NCBI GenBank assembly: GCA_051362555.1
Contig: CM120641.1
Coordinates: 2,480,001 to 2,544,000 of the forward strand
Direction: 5' to 3'
DNA: 64,000 bases
DNA from: Lingula anatina
Taxonomy: Eukaryota > Animalia > Brachiopoda
Position numbers and translations under genes: made by a program. The notes under the pieces were generated by a model. That model saw only the letters and a list, made by a program, of their open reading frames with translations. It was not told the origin of the DNA and searched no databases. Shown here one piece after another: positions 13,801 through 26,789 of this stretch. Each line of letters starts with the position of its first letter. Positions within the stretch are counted from its first letter, which is position 1.

Positions 13801-16800
13801 CATGTACAAATATTCTCCACTTAAGTACTCATTTCATTTTCTTTAAACTTCCCTCCATTTTACATTCAGCAAGATAAAGATAGGATTATGATCAATATAC
13901 TGGAGTTTGTTTTACATGAAGGTCTGTATGTTTTAGCCTTATTGCAAGGCCTTCTTCAGGTAAATCTGAGCTGTCACTAGTGTGGGGACATCCTGCCCAG
14001 ATTGTCACCACTTAACATCAATGGCAGACCAGCTTCAGTTCAAGTGAAAAAGATGTTAATTTTGATAATGCATAAACGTAGTGACCTCCAGTTTCAGTGG
14101 GAAACTCCAGTATGATATTAAATTCTTATAATTCCATCTTAGATAAAACAATTTGATGAATCAACACTTTAAAGTTTGCCATTATTTAACAGTTGCCTCA
14201 GAAGCAGGGTTAGCAGAAGCAGCCCTGGCAGGTTTAGCCAGTACAGAAGATTTTGCTAAAATTGCCCTGAAGAAGATGAACCTGTCCCAGGGGGCTGTGA
14301 CCCCAGGGGGTATGGGCAGAATGGATCCCTATAAATCTGTCATGCTACTACAAGTGAAAGGTAATTAAAAACCTCCAGGGATTTTTGTATGAAATGAAGT
14401 ATTTGTTTTCTTGGTATGGATACCAGTTCAGATTAACTTTTGTATAGATGTGAATTGGTGCTATGGAAGTAAATTAATGGAGAAAGAAAGGTATATTAGG
14501 CATTTTAAATAAAAAATGGAAGTAGAATGGCCGCAGTTTGAGTGAATTATGTTTGAAGAGTTGGCCAAAACATGATTTTTCTTTGGCAGGAATTCTGTAG
14601 TTTTACACACATTCTTAAAAATCTACAATAAGAGTTGGTTATGAGCAGATGAATCATTTGTCCCCTGCAGGTAGGAGACATGTTCAGACGAGGCTGGTGG
14701 AACCTTGTCCGCTGTCAGTGAACAGTGGCGACTCCTTTGTTCTGATAGTGGATGGCTCTGTGGTACACTGGACGGGAGAGTATGCCAACGTCATCGAGAA
14801 GGCCAAGGTTAGATTTATTTGCTTTTTCAATCCAAGTAACTCATCAGAAGTAAAAGTAGTAGTAGTGTTTGTGAATGTGAAAATGTATTAACCAACCTGA
14901 CATCTATGACAGTCTCTTGTATCTTACACAAATAATAATGACATTAATATTAACAATAATAATAGTAATAAATTATTTCTTTTTCTCCATCCCCAGGCTT
15001 CAGACATTAGTACTTACATAGTCCAGAAGAAGGACCTGGGATGTAAGAACGCCAGAGATGTGGGGAGTGTGGACGAGAAGAAGCAGCACCTGGGAGCCGG
15101 GAAACTGTTCTGGAAGACTCTGGGAGGCCAAGATGAGTACACCAGTGAGTGAGATGCTGGTTAAAAATTCATTGAAGTTTGTATATTGTTGGATACAAGA
15201 TCTGAATCAAATATTTTTGAAAGAAAAGAATATATTTTGTGACTCATAGTCAAGTTGTTCTAAGTTGAAATTTAGAGAGAGAAATAATGAGAGAGGGAGA
15301 ATTAGAGGGTGCGTAAGAAATTCAATAATTATTAATGATAAACTTCTTGAAAACTTCAGTGAGTGGTCCCCCAGAAGAAGATGAGATCTATGAGCAGTGT
15401 ATGGTGCAGACCAACATGATCTACAGGTTTGAGGATGATTCACTGGTGCCGTACACAGAATACTGGGGGAATGTCCCCAAGTATGAGATGCTCAACCCAG
15501 ACCAGGTAATACTGTACACAGTGTGGTCTTTGGATGAAAAATTCCTTCTAGTGATTGTATGATCTTTAATGATTTTATTGGTTTGAAAAAGAAAGCTGTC
15601 ATAGGAAGTCATATAGTGGTGTGGAAGGGATGGACAGTTTGTCAGTGGAGATATTTTATGTGTAAAGAGAGTGATTGAATCTTGATGTACATTGTTCTCA
15701 TTGGTTGTTTCATTTTGGAAATATTTAAAACATAATATTGTAATGAAAATGACATTTAAGAGAAGCAAAAAATAAACTGCTTAACATTTAGTGATCAGTC
15801 TTAATTTAATGAAGGCACACAATTGTGTTAAACAATATGCTAACAAACTTTAACATCCATTTCCAGATCTTTGTGTATGACTTTGGCCCAGAGATGTATG
15901 TCTGGCTGGGCAAGAACATGCCATTTGACAAGAGAAAGATTGCCATTAAGCTCGCCAGGCAGATTTGGGACCAAGGTTACGATTACTCTGAGTGTGACAT
16001 CAACCCTTTCTCTCCTCTCAGAAGTAAGTGTGAGAAGTGGATCAAACATTTTAATTTTTCAAGTACCAAGACTCACTCTTTGTTTCCCGGTTTCTGCAAT
16101 TTGAAGAAAAAATCATAAGATATTTATGATTTGATTTTCTCAACTAAATCAAATTGTTTAAAAGATATATGTTCAATATAAGTAGTATCACTGTTTAATA
16201 AGTTACAATGTGCATGTGAATTAGATTCTACCTTTGAAGATAGTAAAACATAACAAAATATGTTAATCGTAAAAACATTCTTCAGGTGAAGAAGATGGAG
16301 GGGCTCCAGCCAAAGCTGATAAACGCCCAGACTGGTCACTGTTTGGGAAGATTACTCAGAATATGGAGACCATTTTATTTAAAGAAAAATTCCTAGACTG
16401 GCCTGATCCTGCTAGAATTATCACAGTAAAAGGAGCCGACACAGACAGTAAGACTAAGGTACATACTGTTACAGTATTGACATTATCAACTGTTGTGATA
16501 CAGTATTTATTTGATAATTAGCTATGAAAATGACCATAGGATTGATATTAAGATTTGACCAAATAGGGGTAAAGGATTGTTACACTTAAGAAATGTGTTT
16601 TAAATGAAGATTTATGCACAACATCTTTTTTTAAGGCACAGTCATATGGTGAAATTTAGAAATTAAAGATGAAAATTTTTTCAGCTGGGGTAAATTAGAT
16701 AGAAATAATTTGGCCTGCAGTGGCAGTGACAGAAAGGGTAACTAACAGGAAACCCTGGTATAATTGTACCACCAGCGTTAGCGCTGGCGGTACACATGGT

Positions 16801-19800
16801 TTCGGTCTCGTCCGGATCGTTCCGCCGGCTCCGCCGGCTCCGCCGGTTCCGCCGGCTCCGCCGGCTCCGCCGGACGGCTACCGTTACCGCTTCTCCTCCT
16901 AGACGGTAAGGCCCCCCATACCCATCTCATGGATTTAGGTCACCTATAATCTCAACTCGTTCCACGTAAAATTTGGGCTTTGTCGGTATTGGGGTCTGGG
17001 TGTGGCACTCATTGCAATGCACCCTTGTCTAAAAATGGCAAAATTAAATGCTAATTATCTACCCTACTGAAGGAGTTATGGGAAAAATTTCTATAGACGG
17101 CTTTCCAAAAGTCATATGTGTAGATTTCAAATATACCCTTGGATTTGACCTTTGACCTTTACTTCAAGGTCAAATGGGCCAAAATTTTCAAAAAAATGAA
17201 ATTTTTTACGAAAAAAAATTTTTTTGCCCTGTTATTCAGACACCACACAGACTTAACCAATAATATTATTGGAAAGTGTTACCCTTCAGGTCATCTTTCA
17301 TCTCCATGAATTTGGGGTCAATCGGTGCATTTTCACGGGAGTAGCGGCCATAAGATACCGAAACTGAAAACTGTCTCTAATTCGGGAACCGTTAATGCTA
17401 GAGACCCATTCTTTTTTGCATTTTGTAGAGCAAGTAAAGCCCAACACTGGAGGTGGTCTCGGTTTTTTTGTATTCCATACGGTTTTCGAGTTACGCTGTA
17501 TCAAAAAGTACATATTGGTGGTAAAAGCAAAATGTGCAGTACGGTAATGGATAATAAATTTTGAACTCTGGAAAAATAAAACATTAGGCTTGGCAAAGCA
17601 GACAACTTGTGTTCAAAAATGACATTATTTCATCAAATTTGAACTTCTGAAACTTCAGAGCACCTCTTATTTCAAGAATTTTGACCAAAATGACATTTTC
17701 TTTATTTTAATTAATTTTTTCTGTACGAAATTTAAGGCACATTATGGTAACTCCAAAATTATAACATTTAGTCCCTTATATCTCCAAAACTGGCAGAGAT
17801 AGGTCTATAGTTACTATTGAAGTTGAATAGGAAGTCATATACTGGCAATCTATATGTGACCTTAAAATTGACCTTTGACCTACTTTTCACCATGAACTGA
17901 ACTTTGCAAATTTTTCTTCCCTTTTATCTCCAAAACTGGCAGAGATAGGTCCATAGTTACTATTGAACTTGAATAGGAAGTCATATACTGGCAATCTATA
18001 TGTGACCTTAAAATTGACCTTTGACCTACTTTTCACCATGAACTGAACTTTGCAAATTTTTCTTCCATTTTATCGCCAAAACTGGCAGAGATAGGTCCAT
18101 AGTTACTATTGAACTTGAATAGGAAGTCATATACTGGCAATCTATATGTGACCTTAAAATTGACCTTTGACCTACTTTTCACCATGAACTGAACTTTGCA
18201 AATTTTTCTTCCCTTTTATCTCCAAAACTGTCAGAGATAGGTCCATAGTTACTATTGAACTTGAATAGGAAGTCATATACTGGCAATCTAAATGTGACCT
18301 TAAAATTGACCTTTGACCTACTTTTCACCATGAACTGAACTTTGCAAATTTTGCTTTCCTTTTATCTCCAAAACTGGCTGAGATAGGTCCGTAGTTACTA
18401 TTGAACTTGAATAGGAAGTCATATACTGGCAATCTAAATGTGACCTTAAAATTGACCTTTGACCTACTTTTCACCATGAACTGAACTTTGCAAATTTTGC
18501 TTCCCTTTTATCTCCAAAACTGGCAGAGATAGGTCCATAGTTACTATTGAACTTGAATAGGAAGTCATATACTGGCAATCTAAATGTGACCTTAAAATTG
18601 ACCTTTGACCTACTTTTCACCATGAACTGAACTTTGCAAATTTTGCTTCCCTTTTATCTCCAAAACTGGCAGAGATAGGTCCATAGTTACTATTGAACTT
18701 GAATAGGAAGTCATATACTGGCAATCTAAATGTGACCTTAAAATTGACCTTTGACCTACTTTTCACCATGAACTGAACTTTGCATGTAAAGCCCAATACT
18801 GGAGGTGGTCTCGGTTTTTTTGTATTCCATACGGTTTTCGAGTTACGCTGTATCAAAAAGTACATATTGGTGGTAAAAGCAAAATGTGCAGTACGGTAAT
18901 GGATAATAAATTTTGAACTCTGGAAAAATAAAACATAAGGCTTGGCAAAGCAGACAACTTGTGTTCAAAAAATGACATTATTTCATCAAACTTGAACTTC
19001 TGAAACTTCAGAGCACCTCCTATTTCAAGAATTTTGACCAAAATGACATTTTCTTTATTTTAATTAATTTTTTCTGTTCGAAATTTAAGGCACATTATGG
19101 TAACTCCAAAATTATAACATTTAGTCCCTTATATCTCCAAAACTGGCAGAGATAGGTCCATAGTTACTATTGAACTTAAATAGGAAGTCATATACTGGCA
19201 ATATAAATGTGACCTTAAAATTGACCTTTGACCTACTTTTCACCATGAACTGAACTTTGCAAATTTTGCTTTCCTTTTATCTCCAAAACTGGCAGAGATA
19301 GGTCCATAGTTACTATTGAACTTGAATAGGAAGTCATATACTGGCAATATAAATGTGACCTTAAAATTGACCTTTGACCTACTTTTCACCATGAACTGAA
19401 CTTTGCAAATTTTGCTTCCCTTTTGTCTCCAAAACTGGCAGAGATAGGTCCATAGTTACTATTGAACTTGAATAGGAAGTCATATACTGGCAATCTAAAT
19501 GTGACCTTAAAATTGACCTTTGACCTACTTTTCACCATGAACTGAACATTGCAAATTTTGCTTCCCTTTTATCTCCAAAACTGGCAGAGATAGGTCCGTA
19601 GTTTCTATTGGACTTGAATAGGAAGTCATATACTGGCAATCTTACTGTGACCTTGAAATTGACCTTTGACCTACTTTTCACCATGAACTGAACTTTGCAA
19701 ATTTTGGTTTCCTTTTATCTCCAAAACTGGCTGAGATAGGTCCGTAGTTACTATTGGACTTGAATAGGAAGTCATATACTGGCAATCTATATGTGACCTT

Positions 19801-22800
19801 CAAATTGACCTTTGACCTACTTATAATCATGAACTGAACTCTGCTAATTTCTTTCTCTTTTAACTCCAAACCTGGCAGAGATAGGTCCATAGTTATTATT
19901 GAAGTTGAATAGGAAGTCATATACTGGCAATTTACTGCGACCTTGAAATTGACCTTTGACCTACCTTACGATGAACTTAACTTTGATTGTACCATTTTAA
20001 GTTATATATATTTTTTGCGTATTTTGAAAATTCTTGTTGATTGCATTTTTATAGCTTGTCAAGCATAAGACTGGTGGCTGTGTCCCTTATTTTGTGTATG
20101 TGGGGGTCTATACGAATGCGCTTGCTCCAGCTGGTGGTACAATATTCGGAGGCGGTATCGCCTCTCTGATCCTCTAGTATTTAAACAAATTTTTTACATG
20201 TATTTCTTTTTTCCTTTTGCTCCTGTAGAATGAGCCAGCTGTAGAATTGAAGGCATATGACGCGGCAGTGATGGTTCCTCTAGACACCTCTCCTGTCACC
20301 CTGTGTCTGGAGGGACAGAATGTGGGGCGTGGCTTAAACTGGTAAGTATGGTTATATCACCCTGTGTCCTTAGGGCAAGATTGTGTGTAACATTAATATG
20401 TTTATATAGATGAGCTAAGCTATTTCTTAGAATGGTAATATATATCAACACTGAGTAACCTTCCATTAACCAATTTAATGAACTTTTGTCTAAATTAAAT
20501 TCCATTCCATTTCCCAGGGCTGAGGAATACGAAGGTTTGTGGAGAGAGTATGACATCTTGACTCTTGGTTTGGCCATGTGGCATATTCTGGAGTTTGATC
20601 ATTACCAGCTGCCAGAAGAGTGTCTGGGACAGTTCCACAACCAGGACACCTACGTGGTGCGATGGCAGTTCTTAGTGGGACAGAAAGGTAAGGGGTGATA
20701 TCAGAAAAAGGTTGTCATCTGTTTTGTTAGGCACTAAGAATAAGGCCATTATTTTTCTTTAATCTACACAGTACACTACCACATGTTGATTAAAAAAAAA
20801 TGGCTGCTTCATCTTCATCTTTTATACTCTGTGTATAGGTACAAAGGGACATGTCTTTTGTTTGAAATTCTTGAATATATCTGTAGTTAAAGTTATAAGC
20901 TTTGAAACAATATAGCTTCATATGTCTAGATGCAACAACATGCATTATGATAATCCAGGTTCTGTTCAAAATTATGCCTCTGTTTGCCTGTTGAATTCAC
21001 TACATCGGGTTTCTTTTGGCTCAAGCTTGGAACATTGCCTTTTCCTATTTTATCAATATCATTTGCATAACAAAGTATCCTTTCCCCTGCAGGCATGAAG
21101 AACCTGAAGGGAGGTGTATCTAACAGACAATCCATGACAGGCCGAGAGAGGTGTGCGTATTTCTTCTGGCAGGGCAAGGGTTCGACAATCAGTGAAAAAG
21201 GGGCCTCGGCTCTGATGACAGTGGAGTTGGATGAAGAAAGGGGACCACAGGCAAGGATTTGAATAGCTTATTTGTGATGCAATTAATTTTTGGTTATTTT
21301 CAATGAAAGATTTCAGTACTTTTGATCACAATCACTGTAGTTTAAAAGATATATTTGTAAGTAAATATGATGGGATGTAAATATGATATGATGTCTATTA
21401 ACATATATATATAGCATATACTTGAAATAGGCAGACATTTTACAAATATTTCATTTAAGGAAAGAATTGACATCTGTTTTAATTCATTAAAAATTCAGTG
21501 GTGGTATATTAATTCTGTTTGGTACATTGTTTGTTCAGGTACGGGTGACAGAAGGCAAGGAGCCTCCAGCCTTCCTGAACTTGTTTGAAGGCAGGATGAT
21601 AACATACATCGGCAAGCGCGAGGACGAGTCCACCAACACTCAGGGATCATGGCGGCTTTACGCCATAAGAGGAGAGCTGGAAACTGAGACAAATTTGGTT
21701 GAGGTTCCAGCAAAAGTAGAATGTTTGCGTAGTCGATCTTCCCTCCTCTTGCTAAACATAAAGACTGGGTATTTGTATGTGTGGCATGGGTGTAAGTGCA
21801 CAGCCAATACCAGGAAGAATGCCTTAGCAGCTGCTCAGAGACTTAAGAATAAGTAAGTGTGGTGGTTTGTTTTTATGGTGTATAAGTGGAGAATGGATAA
21901 TTGTTTTAATCCCAAGAGTCATTACTTTAATGTTATTATCCTCAAAAAATCCTGAAAATAAAGGGATTCAGAATGTGTTGAAACTGTTTTTTGTTGTTGT
22001 TTTTTTTATCATTGCAATATTGTATCAATTTTCTTACACATTTAAAAAAATGCCTTGTCACTTGAGTGTTGATAATTCATTACTTATATAACCTCTGCTG
22101 TGGTTTATAATATGGATTAAGTTGTTTATCAAGGTTTTATGTCATGTTGTATTTTGTGTATATCAGACATTTTCCTTTGATTTGGATCAGAAATCAAGTT
22201 TGTTCTCGACAGTTTTCTGCCTTCATTGGCCCCCAGACCCCTCAGTTGTTACTGGCCACTGAGCCATTTCTTCCTACTTCCTGTTAATTCTAAGTTTGTC
22301 TCACTGTTCCAGGTGCCCAGTGGAGGTGGGTCTCCATGAGAAGGCCTCCATCGTGATCACAGAGGTAGAGGAGGGCAGTGAGAAGTCCAGCTTCTGGGCA
22401 GGCTTGGACTGCAAGGACAGGGACAAATATGACACCTTGCTCAAATGTAAGCAAATGTTATCAAATATAGATAAACCAGTTAATAAGAGATTAAGTTTAT
22501 TTTTTGCTGATAGAAAAACTGTTTGGTTTTACTGAAAAAGATTGAATATCTTAGTTTATTTCACCTTATTGACTCAGATTTTAGCTTTTTATGTACAGAC
22601 ACAGATGTGTCTGTACATATTGCCATCACCTGCGTCTGTCGTCGCCGATCATGTCGCCGTCGCCGTCGCCGTGCACTTTTAGCGTTAACACCATAAGTGG
22701 AAGACAGTTTTACTTTTTGGCTTTATATTTACAGAGCTGACTATTATTCATAAAACGCAGGTCAAGTTCGAAAATCAGCATGATCGGGCCATTATTGTAG

Positions 22801-25036
22801 AATTTATGCTGTTTTTTTTCACTTTTCAGCATATTTTTACATTCTACTCTATTTTTCTTTTTAACTTCATGCAGAACAGGGCCCCATTTGAAGATACAAT
22901 TGAGCCAAGTAACTAAATGATTTAATGAAAAGATTTGACAAATTTGTGAAAAAAAAAACAAATTAGATAGGCAATGATCTCTAATTTATTATGCCTATGT
23001 GAAGCCACATGGCACCCTTACCTGAAGGTATTTATTGTAAATTATCAATACATCATCCAGTTTGTCATTCCATTTTTTTTCTGTTTTGCACATTCTTAAT
23101 ATAATGAGTTCAATCTCTTTCTTTTCAAGCTCCAGCCAAGTTTGACTACACCCCCCGTCTGTTCAACATGACCAGTGTAGCAGGAACATTTGAGGTGTCA
23201 GAAGTGCTCAATCCGTGCAGACATCCAGATTATGTGTCAGCATTCCCTTTTATACAGACAGATCTCTACAAACACTCTCAGCCAGGTTGGTGTGCATCTC
23301 AATGTCTGCTTGGTATACAGGGGTGGATCCAGAGATATTTTCTGACAGTCTTCCATATTGACTTTGTTTTATCCTTCTTCCATTTTTGACTGTCTTCAGA
23401 CAAACAATCAGACGCCTGTCAATGTAAACTTGAAAAATTCTGACCGTCTTCAGGAAGACCCAGAAGTCAGCCTCCATCCACCCCTGGTATACATTGTAAC
23501 TGTTGAGTCGGTGCACAAGTTATAAAATGATAGTGATATCAGCTAGTGATTGAGAGAGGAAATTTTAATAAAAATTTTAAAATAATAACCTTTTGTGTGT
23601 ACCAGAGGGGTCAATACAGTATTATTATTATCATCATCATCATCATCATCACTGTTGTTGTTGCTGTTTATAATATTGTTTTAATATAGGTGTATTTTAT
23701 ACTGTACAGAGGACCAATTTTACTTTTGCTTCAGTTTTATCATAAACACCATGTATTTTCATCCAATGTGTTTTTCCCATTCCAGCATTGTGCCTTATAG
23801 ACAACAAGACAGAGGTATTTCTGTGGCAGGGCTGGTGGCCCGAGGGGACAGAGGAGGACGAGAACGTCAAGACAGGGTCGGCTCACGCCAGGTTTGATGT
23901 AGACAAGAGACTGGCCATGGAAACAACACTGAAGTACTGCAAAGGTAAACACATACACACACACACACACACATTAAGTACTTCAAAGGTAAAAATATTC
24001 AGCATGTGTGCAACTTGAACCAGAAAGTCCTACACATTTCAATTCCCAACATGATAAAAAAGCAATCAACCTACATGATAAAAGAGCAAAAAGGGGGGTT
24101 TGGACTGTTCTAGAGTAATTTTTATTAAGAAATTTGTTATAAATCACTTCATACATGCAATTATTCTTTCTTTAGAATGCAATCCCTCTTCCCCTGCCAA
24201 AGCCTACTTGGTGTATGCAGGACTGGAACCAAAGCATTTTGTCAATCTCTTTCCCTACTGGGAGTACAGGGAAGATGTCACCAGCCTGAATTTAAAGGTA
24301 GGTGGAGACCCTAACAAGATGAGCTTTACTGTCAGTGAAGTGAATATAAGAGGATATGGGAGTATATTATTTAAGGAGGTTAATTATTATTATGTAAAGA
24401 TGTGTGTACTACTGTTAGTATGCATGTCATTCATTATTGTAAGTTATTATATCATATTGTTTATTTTTCATTACTTCTTACAAGATCATATTTAGTTTTT
24501 CTCTGTCTGTTTCTCTTGAAATACTACCCATGTGACACATTCCGTTGTTGACTTTCAGGAGGGCTTCGTGGATGGTCAGATGGACAATATGGAGGAGTCA
24601 ATGACGGAACTGTGTCGAAGCCGCTACACCATGGTGGAACTGCAAGAGCGCCCTCTGCCATCAGGAGTAGATCCTCTGAAACTAGAATCTTATTTGTCTG
24701 ATGAAGAATTTGAGGTACTTATAAGTTAAAAATTTATTCATGTTTGATCTGTTAGCCATTTGTACCCATTTTTAGACATGATTAGTTTTCCATTTGTAAA
24801 TCTCTAATATTATGTCAAAATGACTTATTAATTTAATATAGATCTTTAGATTATTGAACAGAAGGTTGTTTCTTCTTCTTCTTACTGATTTATCTTGTGA
24901 TGCTGGTCAATATTATTTTTGGTAATTTTCATTTTATTTTAATTCACAGGAAATTCTCCATATGACAAAAGAAGAATTCTACAGTTTACCAAAGTGGAAA
25001 CAATCAGATCTCAAAAAGCCAGCCGGATTGTTTTAA
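1120..25036 (+). CDS. SVIL: Supervillin (villin/gelsolin family), 3' part of gene, 25 exons; 5' exons lie upstream of the window
   Basis: Phase-consistent exon chain: 1120-1834, 5982-6155, 7863-8110, 9777-9863, 10765-10860, 11189-11215, 11971-12084, 12548-12779, 13483-13640, 14193-14360, 14671-14807, 14997-15144, 15360-15505, 15867-16023, 16286-16458, 20229-20341, 20518-20687, 21093-21250, 21539-21852, 22313-22446, 23130-23285, 23786-23944, 24176-24297, 24559-24714, 24950-25036. Supervillin-type motifs [56 protein letters not shown]; gelsolin repeats ([22 protein letters not shown]); villin headpiece [19 protein letters not shown]. Confidence 0.93.
2965..3148. mobile_element. Small MITE-like element
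   Basis: Imperfect terminal inverted repeats CAGGCCCATAGCCA / TGGCTCCAGGCCTG with G/C runs, flanked by direct repeat AAATAT. Confidence 0.6.
5982..6155 (+). CDS. SVIL: Supervillin exon
   Basis: YNTLG...RHKTQPIT...SSIKE; ag/gt boundaries. Confidence 0.88.
7863..8110 (+). CDS. SVIL: Supervillin exon
   Basis: [16 protein letters not shown]...SIADRL...QFTVEGK. Confidence 0.9.
9777..9863 (+). CDS. SVIL: Supervillin exon (87 nt, symmetric phase 1)
   Basis: [28 protein letters not shown]; cag/gtagat. Confidence 0.75.
10765..10860 (+). CDS. SVIL: Supervillin candidate cassette exon (96 nt)
   Basis: [31 protein letters not shown]; ttttcag/gtaatt; GC-rich island in an AT-rich intron. Confidence 0.7.
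11189..11215 (+). CDS. SVIL: Supervillin candidate 27-nt microexon
   Basis: SDDAEDEE; aag acceptor, G|gtaagc donor, symmetric phase 1. Confidence 0.6.
11971..12084 (+). CDS. SVIL: Supervillin candidate cassette exon (114 nt, Thr-rich)
   Basis: [37 protein letters not shown]; symmetric phase 1; weaker splice sites. Confidence 0.5.
12548..12779 (+). CDS. SVIL: Supervillin exon
   Basis: [10 protein letters not shown]...DDETFDAFF...VDDFNELF. Confidence 0.88.
13483..13640 (+). CDS. SVIL: Supervillin exon
   Basis: [22 protein letters not shown]. Confidence 0.92.
14193..16458 (+). CDS. SVIL: Supervillin exons 14193-14360, 14671-14807, 14997-15144, 15360-15505, 15867-16023, 16286-16458 (first gelsolin repeats)
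   Basis: [11 protein letters not shown]; [12 protein letters not shown]; IVQKKDLGC; [10 protein letters not shown]; [15 protein letters not shown]; RPDWSLFGK...[10 protein letters not shown]. Confidence 0.93.
16821..16875. repeat. 9-bp GC-rich tandem repeat (CCGCCGGCT) x about 6, inside the HINE
   Basis: Direct reading. Confidence 0.9.
17775..19985. repeat. 146-bp satellite array, 7 + 6 units separated by a duplicated ~350-bp spacer
   Basis: AAAACTGGCAGAGATAGG (or a close variant) recurs at 17786, 17932, 18078, 18224, 18370, 18516, 18662 and 19139, 19285, 19431, 19577, 19723, 19868; 18786-19130 duplicates 17434-17775. Confidence 0.95.
20229..25036 (+). CDS. SVIL: Supervillin exons 20229-20341 to 24950-25036 (later gelsolin repeats and headpiece)
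   Basis: GQNVGRG; [13 protein letters not shown]; YFFWQGK...ELDEERGPQ; GKEPPAFL; EVEEGSE; FPFIQTDLY; [15 protein letters not shown]; [21 protein letters not shown]; headpiece, TAA at 25034-25036. Confidence 0.93.
22590..22830 (+). mobile_element. Truncated HINE-like element (5' end only)
   Basis: T-run, then hairpin ATGTACAGACAC-AGAT-GTGTCTGTACAT and a (GTCGCC)n microsatellite; no 3' end recognised, so the right boundary is approximate. Confidence 0.6.
23318..23486. mobile_element. Small MITE-like element
   Basis: TIR CAGGGGTGGAT / ATCCACCCCTG, flanked by GTATA direct repeat. Confidence 0.65.
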
Positions 25037-26789
25037 CTGCTGAAATATTTGTGGATAGAGTGCAATACAAATTTTCAAGACAAGAACAATGATATGAAAT
25101 ATTTAACAAATTTTCCTTGTTAAGCTGTAAGCAAGATAATGTGAAAATAAAGTTTTGCTCAAGACAGATACTTAAAAAAAAATGTATAATTTAAAAATTT
25201 TCAAAGGTTCTTAAAACTCTGTTAGTGATGGAAAGGAAGCCTTGAAAGAAGGTAGAACAGAAACAATTTCTTCCAACATAACATTAGGTGCTCAAATCCT
25301 GTCTTCATTTTTTCTCATACAAAGCCTAAAATATTGAACTTTTCTTGTAAAGTCTTAATTGACCTCTTCTTGATGACCTTTGTTTATATCAGTTGTTTTC
25401 TTGTTCATTTGTACAGTTAATATATTGTATCATTATTTTTTTTTTCCATGACAGTGGTATACTGTATAGTCTCAACTGTGATGGTGGAATGGTGTTGTTG
25501 CCATGGTTACCAGTGTTAGTGATATATTTCATAGCAACAAGAAATGTACACGTGGAACTATTAAAGTTTCTGTATATATGTCAGAATGTAAAATATCATG
25601 TTGAACGCTGTATATTAATCATTCATATTCTCACCTTTTTTGTCCTCACGTCTCTAAAAAGTTGCTTTTTCTTCTCTGTGTTCCCTGCTCTTATGTATAG
25701 CCATTAGTCAAGACAGTTAACGTTAAATACTTGTAATTATATATATATATTTATATATATAAGAATTTAAACTTATAAGGTATTATTTTGTACATAAAAT
25801 CATCCATACAACATATTATACTTTGATAGAGGCTAGCTGGTATTTTCCTAACTAATTTCCTATGAAGGACATGATAACAGTCACTTTTGCTCTTTAAATT
25901 GAAAAGCTCTGGTGCAATGGTTTCTCTGTGTCATTCCTCTCTGATACAGAAAATAAATTGTTATACTTTCATGTATAATTTAATCAAAGGGAATTGCTTT
26001 GAAGTAACACTCATTAAGCTCCTGTTGTTTAAGAAAAATTGAGCTCATTAGGAGTCTGTTACTTAGGTTGTAAACCAATTGTATGTTTCTATATGCAAAA
26101 AACTCTTTGCTAAATAAAATATGCTATGCAGAAGTTCACTTTATTCTCTTATTCCTTGTGAAATATTTATTTTGAACTAGGGTAGATATGCCCACTGCCA
26201 AAGAATCAAGACTGGATTCTCCCTTGTATTTTGGAGAACTTGGGGGGGGGGGGGGGTTATTCGCCTCTACTATCAGCTTGGTGAGCTTCCGTGCCGTGAC
26301 ACCAACTTGATTAAAGTTGGCTAAGTAAAGGCATAGCTGAGACATTGAATACTTTGACTGGATTAACGTCTATCTTGCTATATGTTTTTCAAGTTCATTC
26401 TAATATTTTATGAAATTTATAAGATACGGAAGCCCCCCTTAATCATCTTTGCCACTGCACCATTATGACAACAAGGAAGGACTTTGATTATTGCTTTGTT
26501 GCTACACGTGAGAAACATTATCAAAAATGAGCTGTATCTACAATAGTATGCTGGTGGAGGCTTTACCTTCGACATTGTATGGTCCAATGATAAGACAAAA
26601 CTGACCCCCCCCCCCCCCCCAAAAAAAAAAAAAAAAAAAAAACAGCTGTTCTATCTCTTCCCTTCCTATATACTTGGTATGTACAGGCATAATTTGAAAA
26701 TACCATTTTTTATTTCAAATATTTTATTACAATATTTGTTAATTTATTTTTGACATTTTTTTCATTGTTCTGAGCTTCCTCACTTTTGA

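Larger units (their letters stand above)
16763..20178 (+). mobile_element. Non-autonomous Helentron-associated element (HINE/DINE-1-like) with internal satellite array, in a supervillin intron
   Basis: 5' subterminal repeat ATTGTACCACCAGC (16763-16776) forming a hairpin with 16782-16794; (CCGCCGGCT)n microsatellite; central tandem array; 3' inverted copy GCTGGTGGTACAAT (20130-20143); 3' hairpin GAGGCG-GTAT-CGCCTC (20149-20164); CTAGT end. Confidence 0.85.

Noticed and set aside
16720-16902. Pro/Ala-rich ORF (PPAPPAPPV)
   Set aside because: Translation of the HINE 9-bp microsatellite
17775-19985. Regular repeat array as a CRISPR or other repeat-spacer system
   Set aside because: Units are contiguous 146-bp near-identical repeats with no unique spacers, in a eukaryotic intron, bounded by HINE termini
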